Source: Nitrospirota bacterium (GTDB lineage: Bacteria; Nitrospirota; UBA9217). From it: a DNA stretch of 18,812 bases. The notes beneath the pieces are model-generated. The model did no database searches and was not told where the DNA came from. It worked only from the letters and a program-made list of their open reading frames with translations. The stretch spans positions 1 through 18,812 of the forward strand of contig CAVUHW010000003.1 of assembly GCA_963741205.1 (NCBI GenBank). Direction: 5' to 3'. Shown in pieces: positions 7,822 through 17,511 of the stretch; position 1 is the first letter of the stretch, and every line of letters starts with the position of its first letter. Made by a program: the position numbers and the translations under genes.

Positions 7822-9152
7822 CAGTAGTGTCCGGTTATCGTTTTTCTAATGTGTGATAACTCACTGTCATACAAAGATAAAAAAGCCTATATGCAACTTT
7901 TCGATTTGAACTCAATTTATCCAGAATCATCTTATAATCCACCTCATCACTGCATGAGGGGGGACCAGGATGAATTCCGGGAAAACGATCTTCGCTCAAC
8001 TGATCGAGCATCTACCACGATACGAGTTCAATCAATGCGTCCTTCGTTACCAAGGCAATCACAAGGTCAGGAGTTTCTCGTGTACGGATCAGTTTCTCTG
8101 CATGGCCTTTGCTCAACTGACCTATCGAGAAAGCCTACGCGACATCATAACGTGCCTCAATTCCCATCGACCAAAGCTCTATCACATGGGATTCCGAGGG
8201 AAGATCGCAAAGTCCACGCTAGCAGACGCCAACGAGCTTCGGGACTTCCGCATTTATCAGGACTTCGGCTATATACTCATCGATATCGCCAGCAAACTCT
8301 ACCGGAACGAGGAGCTTGGCCTCGATCTGAAGCTCGCGGTCTATGCGTTGGACTCAACGGTTATCGATCTCTGCTTGTCCACATTCCCGTGGGCGACGTT
8401 TCGAAAAAAGAAAGCAGCCGTCAAGATTCACACTTTGCTCAACGTGCAGGGATCAATCCCGACCTTTATTTTCGTGACTCCCGGCAGCGTTCACGACGTC
8501 AATATGATGGATGCCGTTCCATTCGAAGCCGATTCGGTCTATACGATGGACCGCGCCTATCTCGATTTCGAGCGGCTCTATCATATCAATCAGCTTTCGG
8601 CGTTCTTCGTTATTCGAAGCAAACACAACACCAGATTGCGCCGCATCTATTCCGCATCAGTGGACAAAACCATCGGCGTACAAGCCGATCAGACAGTTCT
8701 GCTCGTCGGCTACAAATCGCGTATGGCCTATCCCGATCCTTTGCGCCGGGTGCGTTATCACGATGCCGAACGAGACAAGCGTCTGGTGTTTCTAACGAAC
8801 AACTTCTTACTCCCAGCCAAAACGGTCGCCGATATTTATCGATCCCGATGGCAGGTCGAGCTGTTCTTCAAATGGATCAAGCAGCATCTTCGCATCAAGT
8901 CGTTCTTTGGAACATCACCCAATGCGGTCAAGACTCAAATCTGGACTGCGGTGAGTGTTTATCTGCTCGTGGCGATTGTCAAGAAGCGATTAAACCTTCC
9001 CGGCAGTCTCCATACGATTCTACAGATTTTGGAGGTCAACCTTTTCGAGAAAATACCCATTTCTCAGCTGGTTAACGAAACAATCAATCACGAAAACGAA
9101 CATCGTGATGATAACCAATTGAATCTATTTACGTAACAACCGGACAGGACTG
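7822..9152 (+). mobile_element. Complete IS4-family insertion sequence, 1331 bp
   Basis: IRL CAGTAGTGTCCGGTT versus IRR reverse complement CAGTCCTGTCCGGTT (13/15 identical). 9-bp target duplication AACTTAAAT at 7813-7821 and 9153-9161. Confidence 0.95.
7970..9136 (+). CDS. IS4-family DDE transposase (DUF4372 N-terminus)
   Basis: MNSGKTIFAQL...FAQLTYRESLRDI, ALDSTVI, MDRAY, and YRSRWQVELFFKWIKQHL (YREK motif). Confidence 0.96.
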   Translation: MNSGKTIFAQLIEHLPRYEFNQCVLRYQGNHKVRSFSCTDQFLCMAFAQLTYRESLRDIITCLNSHRPKLYHMGFRGKIAKSTLADANELRDFRIYQDFGYILIDIASKLYRNEELGLDLKLAVYALDSTVIDLCLSTFPWATFRKKKAAVKIHTLLNVQGSIPTFIFVTPGSVHDVNMMDAVPFEADSVYTMDRAYLDFERLYHINQLSAFFVIRSKHNTRLRRIYSASVDKTIGVQADQTVLLVGYKSRMAYPDPLRRVRYHDAERDKRLVFLTNNFLLPAKTVADIYRSRWQVELFFKWIKQHLRIKSFFGTSPNAVKTQIWTAVSVYLLVAIVKKRLNLPGSLHTILQILEVNLFEKIPISQLVNETINHENEHRDDNQLNLFT

Positions 9153-9421
9153 AACTTAAATCAGAAATGATCAGAAATAGCTGATTGAATCTGCAACCTG
9201 CACCTACTACTTTCACGTCCGGCACTACGATTGGCAAAGTGTGAAATACCAGTTTTGAAGTCAACAGAAGTATTCACTTTTTGTTTAATTTGCTCGACTT
9301 TATTGAACTGTGCATTGGAACAGCAAGCTCAGCTTTGCGAAGCAGCCGGCTGCAGGCTGGGCGAGCTGACTGCATAGAAAGGCACCATGGCACAACCATT
9401 CCAGAATTGGAATGCATTATT

Positions 9422-10168
9422 TCATGGTGCCTTGAAAATTTCCCCAACAGGACATCTCCACGGAATGAACATCGGGACCATGTTTTGATAGTGACGATAG
9501 CTCTCGCCAAATTCAGCAACAAGATCCTTCTCCTCAAGGCAAGAACCGAGAACGATCCAGAATGTCCAGAGCAAATTGAAGAGTAAGCGGTCTAAACTCA
9601 AGGAGGGAGTTGCCCAGATGAAAACCAACATGAAGAAATACAGTGGGTGACGAACCCAGAGATAGGGGCCTCGAACAACCAAGTGCGGCGCCTGCTGCTT
9701 GTTATTCAAGTGCGTTAAAATGGAGAGCCGGCCAAAGGGATCAAATTCTCCAAGCGTCCGAACGCCCCACACAAAACCGGCAACGGCAAAGAGGAAGGCG
9801 GCACGAAACGGTATCCGCAAAAGCCCCTGGACCTCAAAGAGAGTCGTGTGCGATGGCTTCCATAGAAGCACCACGGCTGTGAGGACTGTGCCGGATGCGA
9901 TTGCATACGTTGCTGAGTAGTAGTGGGCGGGTATAATGGACGAAAACCAGGTACGAAATGACGATCTTATCACCCCGCTATGCTGAAGGAAGAACACTGC
10001 GGACAGGAACCCGTCCCATAGCAACGCCTGCGGTTCCGAGATGTTCAAGTGGATAACGGTAAAAGGCCCGGCGATCAGGAAAGCACCGAAGATTAGCAAC
10101 GAGCCACCGCCAGAAAGAGTGGCTAGGACGATTACCAAATAAGCTGCAAATCGATTCGCTGACTGCAT
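9422..10168 (-). CDS. Membrane methyltransferase, isoprenylcysteine carboxyl MT superfamily (MddA/Nurim-like)
   Basis: FFLQHSG, GPYLWVRHPLY, WATP, LEEKDLVAEFGESYRHYQNMVPMFIP; multiple TM helices. Confidence 0.85.
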   Translation of the reverse strand: MQSANRFAAYLVIVLATLSGGGSLLIFGAFLIAGPFTVIHLNISEPQALLWDGFLSAVFFLQHSGVIRSSFRTWFSSIIPAHYYSATYAIASGTVLTAVVLLWKPSHTTLFEVQGLLRIPFRAAFLFAVAGFVWGVRTLGEFDPFGRLSILTHLNNKQQAPHLVVRGPYLWVRHPLYFFMLVFIWATPSLSLDRLLFNLLWTFWIVLGSCLEEKDLVAEFGESYRHYQNMVPMFIPWRCPVGEIFKAP

Positions 10169-10300
10169 CAGTCTGTCCTTACGTGGCCCAATGTGGTAAT
10201 GGGGGCAGCTTTCACGGCCCCTCTCGACCGTGGATGAAGGCCGTCCTTCTGCATTAGCTGGTTCGGCTTGTCCTGATACCAGTCGTAGGTGAGACTGCTG

Positions 10301-10837
10301 TTAGTTCGTCTTTCCCTGACTGCATGACACAATAGTTCCTGATCGGTACTCAAGCACTCGAATCACACTGGTTACTTCAAGCGATATAGTACAAGGGAGT
10401 TGAAACGACGGAATAACATTCATGATGCCATCAACTTCCATACCAGGGATAATCTTACACGTAGCAGATTCTATACAGTCCTCGGCGGTCTTTACAGCAG
10501 CACCACAGCCCAGTACTATAACAGCGTCGAACCCCGATGCGCGTTTTTTTAGGTCTTGCCGGCGTCCTGATGTCCACATGCAAACAACGAAGTGATGAGG
10601 CAGCCTGCTGTAAAATACTTCTGCTTTGATGCCGGCATGCTCCAGGCGGGATTTCAATTCCTTAATATACGATTCATATGCTTCGGTTTTTAGAAATCTG
10701 CTAAATAGCTGTATGAAAGGTTTCTTCTCTCTCACAGAGAGACTGGCAGCCGGGCAGAATCTGCAAGGTACAATCAGAGCAGAATGAACATTAGAGATGT
10801 CAGCAGATATATCACGATCTTTAAGAGAGAATGGCAT
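10301..10837 (-). CDS. Cys-rich hypothetical protein, resembling the N-terminal domain of MetV/MTHFR-C-like proteins
   Basis: IVPCRFCPAAS...VVCM...DAVIVLGCGAA. RBS GGAGG before ATG 10837. Confidence 0.6.
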   Translation of the reverse strand: MPFSLKDRDISADISNVHSALIVPCRFCPAASLSVREKKPFIQLFSRFLKTEAYESYIKELKSRLEHAGIKAEVFYSRLPHHFVVCMWTSGRRQDLKKRASGFDAVIVLGCGAAVKTAEDCIESATCKIIPGMEVDGIMNVIPSFQLPCTISLEVTSVIRVLEYRSGTIVSCSQGKTN

Positions 10838-11010
10838 TTGCAATACCTCCTCATACCGCCCGTATTAGGTGGCGGTTGCGCGTTCTTTCTCCTTAATCAT
10901 TACTGCCCGGGCATAACCACCTCCGTTTGTTTCGAATCACGCTTCTTTCTGATCCTATAGACGAAACGAAGAAGGGTGCAACGTGCCGGATGTTCATATA
11001 CCTGCTCTAT

Positions 11011-11583
11011 TCAGCTGCAACCGCAACCCGATTCTGTTGCTGGCCTCGGTGCAGCGCCCGGGACGGCAGCCCTACATCCCGTCTCCGTCGCGGACACAGC
11101 GGCTAGCACTGGCTCTTTTCCCAATTCTGCCAGGACGATGTTCGCCACTTTTCGCGCCGTCTCTCTGCGTTCTGTTTCCGGGACGGAATCAATATCAAAG
11201 AGGTCGGTATACTTCCCGTAAAGAGAAAGGGCATCGAACTGGACCAGGTTCTCTTTCCCGACCAGATTTTCAAGGATCCTGCCGTGACACCTGAGAAAAC
11301 ATCCGTCTATGAGCACGATTTTCTCCGCCTTCTTGATCCACTGCGCCAATGCCGATTGGGGTACGGAGAAAAGTTCCCCGTGGCAACCCCGTCGGTACGG
11401 CTCCTCCTTGGCTACGAGGTTTGCGGCAAGACGCGCGATCTCTCCTCGTATGCACGCCCCTTCGCAGGACAGGACCGGAATTTTCCCTTCTTTAAGATTT
11501 CTGGATCCGGCTATTTCTCCCGTTGGACAGCTCTTGCTGGTTCTTGAAACCTCAAGGGTGAAACTATTGATTAACTCTTTCAT
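11011..11583 (-). CDS. DGC-domain putative zinc-binding protein
   Basis: VLSCEGACIRGEIARLAA...GCH...VLIDGCFLRCH; C-terminal GCGCS; RBS GAGGAGG. Confidence 0.85.
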   Translation of the reverse strand: MKELINSFTLEVSRTSKSCPTGEIAGSRNLKEGKIPVLSCEGACIRGEIARLAANLVAKEEPYRRGCHGELFSVPQSALAQWIKKAEKIVLIDGCFLRCHGRILENLVGKENLVQFDALSLYGKYTDLFDIDSVPETERRETARKVANIVLAELGKEPVLAAVSATETGCRAAVPGAAPRPATESGCGCS

Positions 11584-11800
11584 TTTTCTCCTCCTCAGGC
11601 CCGGTATCCTTTGTTGTTGGCGCACAACAGGATTGGCTTTTCATTTTCTTGATCATGCCGTTCATTATGGTTGAGCAGTCAGGAAAGTCTCCTTCACCTG
11701 AGCAGCATTTTCCCATCATATCCAACATCCCGGACCTCATTGGACCCGAACCTTCCGATTTCGTCTTGTCTTCCTTCTTGTTTGATTCTTCAGCAGTCAT
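11564..11800 (-). CDS. Small Cys/Met-rich hypothetical protein (78 aa)
   Basis: RBS AAGGAGG; MLDMMGKCC...PDCSTIMNGM...SCC; overlaps the start of the DGC gene. Confidence 0.7.
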   Translation of the reverse strand: MTAEESNKKEDKTKSEGSGPMRSGMLDMMGKCCSGEGDFPDCSTIMNGMIKKMKSQSCCAPTTKDTGPEEEKNERVNQ

Positions 11801-11834
11801 TTCAGTTATCCTCCTTGCGATTTTTAGCCGACTA

Positions 11835-12095
11835 TTATGTGCGCCCCGCAATGCCTTTTTTTTTCTCTTCATACTCCTGCTTATTAATCTCTCCCTGATC
11901 ATTCTTTCTGTCCAGAATATCGGAAGGACGATCGGATGTACTTTCGCCGTGGCTGCCCGATCTGCCGAAACCCGGGCCGCACATCATCGAACCCGCATGT
12001 CCTCTCATCATGAAGATGCAAAGAACCATCATTGCGATCATAATGATCGGAAATATCCACCAATATCCGTAGCCAAAAGCTAAACACGGAAACAT
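11835..12095 (-). CDS. Single-TM SHOCT-domain protein
   Basis: WWIFPIIMIAMMVLCIFMM TM segment; DILDRKNDQGEINKQEYEEKKK SHOCT-like tail; RBS AGGAGGTG. Confidence 0.78.
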   Translation of the reverse strand: MFPCLAFGYGYWWIFPIIMIAMMVLCIFMMRGHAGSMMCGPGFGRSGSHGESTSDRPSDILDRKNDQGEINKQEYEEKKKGIAGRT

Positions 12096-12117
12096 ATGCC
12101 TCACCTCCTTTCGACCA

Positions 12118-12148
12118 TATAGACGAAGGGAGGGAGAAAAAAGATACA
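12118..12148 (-). promoter_or_regulatory. Putative ECF-type promoter
   Basis: TGTATC-N17-CGTCTA on the - strand, directly after the sigma gene. The 10-mer TTCGTCTATA recurs at 10956-10965. Confidence 0.4.
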
Positions 12149-12150
12149 TC

Positions 12151-12756
12151 TTATTTTTTGAGGAATTTTAGAGGAGTGGTCTTGCGGTCGCAGGAGAGTT
12201 CGTTTCGTTCATCGCGGTAGAAATTGCATTTCGCTTCAAGTGCCTTTCTGAGCTTCATCCTCGCGCGGTGCAGCCTGATCTTTACCGTGTCCAGAGATAT
12301 GCCGATGACTTCGGCAATTTCCGAATTCGTCAAACCTTCGAATTCACTCAAAACGAGCACGGTGCTGTAGTCGTCAGGAAGGCTGTCAACAACGCCCCGA
12401 ATACAATCATTCATGTCCTTCCGGATCAGCAGTGTATCGAGGAAAGGCGTGTTGTCGATGGGCCCGGCATCTTCATCTCCCGGAACATCTTTTTCTTCCG
12501 TGGGTCGCACTGATCGCTTCGAGGAGGGCCTGCGGAGATGATCCATTGCGGTGTTTGTTGCAATCCGGTAGATCCATGTGGACAGACTGGATTCACCACG
12601 AAAGCTGTCAAGCGAGTGATCTATTTTTACGAACGTTTCCTGAGCCGCGTCTTCTGCCTCTAACTCGCCAATCAGCCTTGTGAGATATCTGACGATCTTC
12701 GGATAATACTCATCGTATATTGTAGAAAATTCCTGTTTACTAAAAGACATGGTCAT
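12151..12756 (-). CDS. ECF sigma-70 factor with a two-Cys C-terminal extension
   Basis: AEDAAQETF, SLSTWIYRIATNTAMDHLR, EIAEVIGISLDTVKIRLHRARMKL, then CNFYRDERNELSCDRK. The true start may be ATG 12750. Confidence 0.93.
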   Translation of the reverse strand: MTMSFSKQEFSTIYDEYYPKIVRYLTRLIGELEAEDAAQETFVKIDHSLDSFRGESSLSTWIYRIATNTAMDHLRRPSSKRSVRPTEEKDVPGDEDAGPIDNTPFLDTLLIRKDMNDCIRGVVDSLPDDYSTVLVLSEFEGLTNSEIAEVIGISLDTVKIRLHRARMKLRKALEAKCNFYRDERNELSCDRKTTPLKFLKK

Positions 12757-13045
12757 CCTCTATTTATGCATTTGCAATATCATAACGCTTTGCTTTGTTT
12801 TTCGCCAGTGGGTATTGTCTAAAAGTTGATGATCGCGGCTCTGGGCATGCCGTGCGTGCTGCCAAACGATTCAATAGGTCTTCTGCGCTGAGATTGCGGG
12901 ACAGCTCGGTCGTCTTCCTGAGGAAGTTTTCAAGTATCTCCCCCGCTTCGATGAAGAGGACTTCGAGTAGCGTAATCCGGCAGCGTTCAAATTGCCGGGC
13001 AGAGGGGAGTTGCGAGGCAGGTTCATCAGATCGTCCGGGCCGGCA

Positions 13046-13069
13046 AGGGCGGCCCAAAATGGCCGCCCT
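13046..13069 (-). terminator. GC-rich hairpin after the oxidoreductase operon
   Basis: AGGGCGGCC-6 nt-GGCCGCCCT; no U-tract. Confidence 0.4.
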
Positions 13070-13093
13070 CACAGACACGGGAAAGGTTAACTC

Positions 13094-15685
13094 TTAATGC
13101 CCCGCCTTCAACTCCGCGGGAGGAAGCTTCTCCACTTTCACCTCGGGATGCATCTCCCGGTGTTTGTCGCCCGTGTACGCATACCGAAGGGTCTCCTTGA
13201 AGAACTCGAAGTGCTTCGCGTTGTCAAACATGACGTCGCCGAACTTGTCCCCGGGCTTTGCCGGAGCGACGGATGCGACGGTGTCGTACCAGCCCTGCGA
13301 GCCGCCGATCGGGTCCGCGGAGACCGGGATCACATAGTTCGGGTTCACCCCTTCGGCCTTCCACCAGATGTTCTTCAGGTCCGGCTCCTCCACACCGCCC
13401 CACATCGGCATGGGAGCGTCCTTGTCAGCCATGGCGACCCTGCCGAATTTCATCCCCAGGGTGTTGGAAACCGCCACGACGCGGGGGTGGATTCCCTCGG
13501 TGACCTTCGCGTAGGTCACCATATATCCCACGGGGGTCGTAATCCTGATCAGGTCTCCGTCCTTGATCCCGAGCTTTTCGGCGGTATCGGGATTGAGCCA
13601 GGCGGGATTCTTGTGCACGATCTCATTCATCCATTTCAGATTGGCCGTCCTGCTCTGCACATGGACGTTCCACTTGAAGGTGGTCAGGATCATCTGGTCG
13701 TCCTTGAGTTTTGAAGAGCCGTTCTTCTCCCAGTGCCACGGGTGCGCTTTGAACGTCGGAAGCGGGCTGAACCCGTATTTCTCGTAATTCGAAACATAGA
13801 TGTTGATCTTCCCGTCCGGCGTGCCGAAACCCTTGCGCTTCTTGCCGCCCACGGTTACCTTACCGTTCGGGTCTTCCTTCATGTAAAGGCCGTACTCCGG
13901 CTTGATCAGTTTGCCGTCCTTGCCCATGATCTTCCCGGTCGCGGGATCGAGGGTGCCGTATACGGGCCAGACGCCGTTCTTCTTGAGAAAGTCGTAGCCG
14001 CCCGCTTCCTTGAGGCCGGGAATGTTCTCGAACTGTCTGCGGAGATAATCCTCGCCGTCCTTGAACTCCCAGTACTGCCGCATGCCCTTCTTGCCGTCAG
14101 GGTCCACTTTGTGGATGATCATCTTGAGGATTTCCCTGAACTCGATCGCCTCTCCGAGGGGCTTCACGACAGGCTGCCTGATGCCGACCCACGGCCACAG
14201 GCTCGACGGCATGCTCTCGGGATCGTGCCGTTCGAGGTAGCTGCAGTCCGGCAGGACGAGGTCCATCAGCACGGTGGTCTCGTTCATCTGGTTCGAGAAG
14301 GTAACGCTGAAGGGGATGAGCTTTTCGTCCAGCAGCACTTCCCGCCAGTAGCTCGCGGCAGGGTTGGTGAACGCCTCGCAGGACATGTAGTTGAAATACA
14401 TCCCGATCTTCTGCTTTCCCTCCTTGATCCAGAAAGGCGTCAAGTGGCTCACCTTGTGGGCGCCAGGGGATAATCGGGCGGCGTGGAAAGGTAGCTCGGC
14501 TCCTTGGCCTTCGGGGGCGTGGGCTGGGGCTGGTCATAGCCCATGCCTCTCGGCAGGCAGTAGCCGCCCTTTACCTCGATGTTTCCCGTGATGATGGGAA
14601 GGAGCATCGTGCACCGCTCGTTGTAGGAGCCGTACAGGTGCTTGCACGGCCCCCGGTAGGTGTAGGTCGTCGCCGGCCGGACGCTTCCGAACTCGATGGC
14701 GATCCTCCTGATGTCCTTTGCCGGGACCCCGGAATATTTCTCCGCCATCTCGGGAGTGAACTGCTTCAAATGCTCTTCGAGCTTGTCCGCGGGATAGTTC
14801 GTCCAGGTGTTGATGAAGTCCCTGTCCGCAAGCCCTTCCTGCATGATGACATTAGCCATGGCGAGGGCCACGATGCCGTCCGTGCCCGGGAAGAGCGGGA
14901 GCCACTCGTCGCTCTTCGCGGCGGTATTGGAGAGCCGCACGTCAAAGGTGACGAGCTTCGCCTTTCCGTCCACGAGCGCCGTCCATGATCCGCTGCGAGT
15001 AGGGGTTCATGAAGTACCCGGCCTCGAGGATGTTGCTCCCGAAGTTGAGGATGTACTTGCTGTTCTCAAAGTCAGGGGTCTCGATGTCCGGCCCCCACGT
15101 GGGCTCCATGCCGATCTTCTTGGAAGCTTCGCAGGTGGATGTGTGGTTTACGATCGTGTTGGAGCCGAGGGTCGCCATGAACCGTTCGGCCGCGCCCCCG
15201 GAGCGGTTCCTGCCCCACTTCATCATGATCTCATTCGGATGCCCGCTGTCCTCGATCGCAGTGATCTTTGCGGCCACTTCTGCGATCGCCTCGTCCCAGG
15301 AGACCCGCTTCCACTTCCCGCTTCCCCGCGGCCCGGTCCTTTTCAGGGGATAGAGTATCCTGTCCGGATCGTAGATATGCCCGATGCCCGAATTGCCTTT
15401 TGCGCAGAGCCTTCCGCGCGTGGACACATGCTTGTCGTTACCTTCGAGCTTCTTCACCCTCCCGTTCTTGACAAAGGCGAGGCCACCGTCCTCGATGTTG
15501 CAAACGAGGCAGGTGTAGGGAACAATCTTGTCCCATTCCTCGCCGCTCACCTTGTCGTCCTTCACATGCACGCCCCGTCCGCCGAGTTCGGGTTCTCCCG
15601 CCTCGGCGAAATTGCTCATCCCGCCGGCGGCAACTGCGCCGGCCGCCATCCCCAGCTTCATAAAACTTCTTCGTGTGATATCCAT
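13094..15685 (-). CDS. DMSO-reductase-family Mo/W-bisPGD catalytic subunit (Psr/Phs/Arr/Arx-like), Tat-exported; indels at about 14460 and 14980
   Basis: TRRSFMK signal, CLVCNIED...GRLCAKG, RILYPLKR, NHTSTCE, PGTDG, DLVLPDCSYLER, and C-terminal WLNPDTAEKLGIKDGD. The three ORFs join by single-base corrections. Confidence 0.92.
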
Positions 15686-15697
15686 GGCTAGCGCCTC

Positions 15698-16452
15698 CTA
15701 TAGATATTGGGTGAGAATGCCCTTCTCGAAGTCCTGGGGATCCACCTGCCTGTTGCCCCTGATCGAGTCTATCTGGTGGCCTTCCGCGCCGATGTAGTAC
15801 ACTAGGCCGTCAGCGCACAGCTTTTTCGTCGGGTTCGAGGCGATGAGCTTTGAAACCACGCTGTCCGGGTCCGAAAGATCTCCGAAAACCCTCGCCCTCG
15901 GGATGCAGGTCTGGACGCAGGCCGGGACAAGCCCTTTTTCCACCCGATGGACGCAGAAAGTGCATTTCTCGGGAAATCCGGTGATGGGGTTCACGAAGAT
16001 CGCCTCAACCGGGCAGGCGGATATGACGAGGTCAGCCTCCGCCTTGATCTGGGCCGGCGTCTTCCCCTGTAATTTCTTGTAGTCGAAGACGACGATGCCG
16101 TCCTCCCTCCTGGAGAAGCTTCCGAGTCCCGCGCCCTGAGAGGCCTCGGCGCAGTTTCCGCAGTGGTTGCAGATCCACTGGAAGAAATACCGCTTCGCGT
16201 GGGGATACTTGCCCTTCTCGTAGGTCCTGATGTGGGTCCGCCACACGCCGAGGGGCACCTCGTTTTCCGCCTTGCAGCCGACGGTGCAGGCATGGCACCC
16301 GATGCATCTCCTCACGTCCATCACCATCGCCCAGCGTGGTTTTTTCGGCGTCTCGCCTGGACCGCGCCGGCGGAAGCGACAAGCGCGGCCCCCGCTGCCG
16401 CGGATAGTGTGAGGAATTCCTTCCTCGTCAGCTCTTTTTTGTCTTCACTCAT
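15698..16452 (-). CDS. PsrB/NrfC/TtrB-like Fe-S subunit with a Tat-like leader, 12 motif Cys; frameshift at about 16354
   Basis: MSEDKKELTRKEFLTLSAAAGAA joins to ETPKKPRWAMVMDVRRCIGCHACTVGC; also KCTFC...PACVQTC...FGDL. RBS AAGGAGG. Confidence 0.9.
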
Positions 16453-16511
16453 GGTTTTCCTCCTTCTCGGTCTGGAAGTCCGTTGAGCACGTCCTTCGCC
16501 AGGCTGTTCGC

Positions 16512-17146
16512 TCATCTTCCATGTAAGGTGCCGAGATGTTCTTTCTCTGTTTCCAGGAACCGTACGGTCAGGGAACCCAGCGTCTTGTAAAAGGGATGAA
16601 AGGCCAGTCTCTCAAGATCCCGCAGAAAAGCGAATGCCCACGACTGATATGGCTTTGAAAAAACTCCCTCTGTAATCCGAACCATTTCGCGGCCTCTTTT
16701 TCGTCCCCGTTCCTCCGCGCATCCCCCTCCTTCCCGGCCAGGTACCCCATGAATTCGAGCTCCATGCCGATATGGTCCGGCAGCATGCGGCTTTCCTCCT
16801 TGACCACAAGTCCGCAGCGCCGGTAAAATTCTTCCACCTCCCAGGAGGGTTTCTGGTTCAGCATGCCGTGCAGACGAACGGACTCGTAGGGAGGAATGCC
16901 GCCCGGCACGATGAACAACGCCGCGTATTCTTCGGCAAGATCGTTCAGCAGGATGTCTTGAGGTGTGTCGGGCAGCGCTCGGCCCAGGTCTATGCCAAGT
17001 TCCTGGAGCGCGTCCGCGGCCGCTTCGCTTTTCAATATGGCGAGGAACTCCGTTGTTACCTCTTTCAGGTAGGCCGCGGCGAGGAGATGGTAAACGCCGC
17101 TTCTGCCTTTTGTTATGCCTGAACTTTCCACTTTCTTTTCAAGCAT
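16512..17146 (-). CDS. TorD/DmsD-family molybdoenzyme chaperone; frameshift at about 16641
   Basis: EYAALF...PPYESV...PDHIGMELEFM. The corrected tail reads HISRWAFAFLRDLERLAFHPFYKTLGSLTVRFLETE. Confidence 0.9.
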
Positions 17147-17511
17147 GGTTCCTCCTGAAGTTTACAAATCAGGAGCCCGTCCTTTCCGCCCATAATAATA
17201 CTTTGGGGCAGAACCTGGGCAGTTATTAGCTAGAAGGAATAAAGAAGGACAATAAAATAAAGGCTATCACCGGGCACATGGTTGTCAAGTGAGATGCTGG
17301 GATGCGAGGTTATATTGAAATGGCAATTGGCGGCACGTCGACATGAGCGTGCAGAAAGGGTCGCTTTTTTTATCCCCCGATCTGCGACATCGAAGGAGTT
17401 GGCAGGATGGACTGAGGAACCGCCCTCCAAAGCACGCGGGTCGCTGAACAAAATCGCTGAAGGCTTTATTCTGATCCATCGATAAATTCGATGATGTGAT
17501 TTTCATAAAAT

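Noticed and set aside
7849-9075. 408-aa ORF overlapping the transposase in another frame
   Set aside because: It is Arg/Ser-rich with no motifs, and the DDE/YREK motifs are all in 7970-9136. Probably incidental, although its length is notable.
9153-9178. 12-bp target duplication AACTTAAATCAG and TCAGAAAT repeats
   Set aside because: The left CAG belongs to the IR, so the duplication is 9 bp. The short repeats have no supportable role.
11005-11013. Selenocysteine read-through of the DGC gene TGA
   Set aside because: The TGA is not at a conserved Cys position and no convincing SECIS hairpin follows. The Mo ligand in subunit A is an ordinary TGC.
12764-13078. 104-aa ORF between the oxidoreductase and the sigma gene
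   Set aside because: It starts in a hairpin with no clear RBS. The middle is helix-like and may be a gene remnant, but no family is recognisable and it is not a membrane anchor.
13094-15685. Naming the catalytic subunit arrA, arxA, psrA or ttrA
   Set aside because: The diagnostic motifs do not match well enough; a phylogeny is needed.
13097-16486. Long plus-strand ORFs opposite the Mo operon
   Set aside because: Expected antisense shadows of GC-rich coding DNA.
17150-17510. Moco/Tuco riboswitch, ModE box or small ORFs upstream of the chaperone gene
   Set aside because: No recognisable consensus by eye, and the ORFs are short and motif-free.
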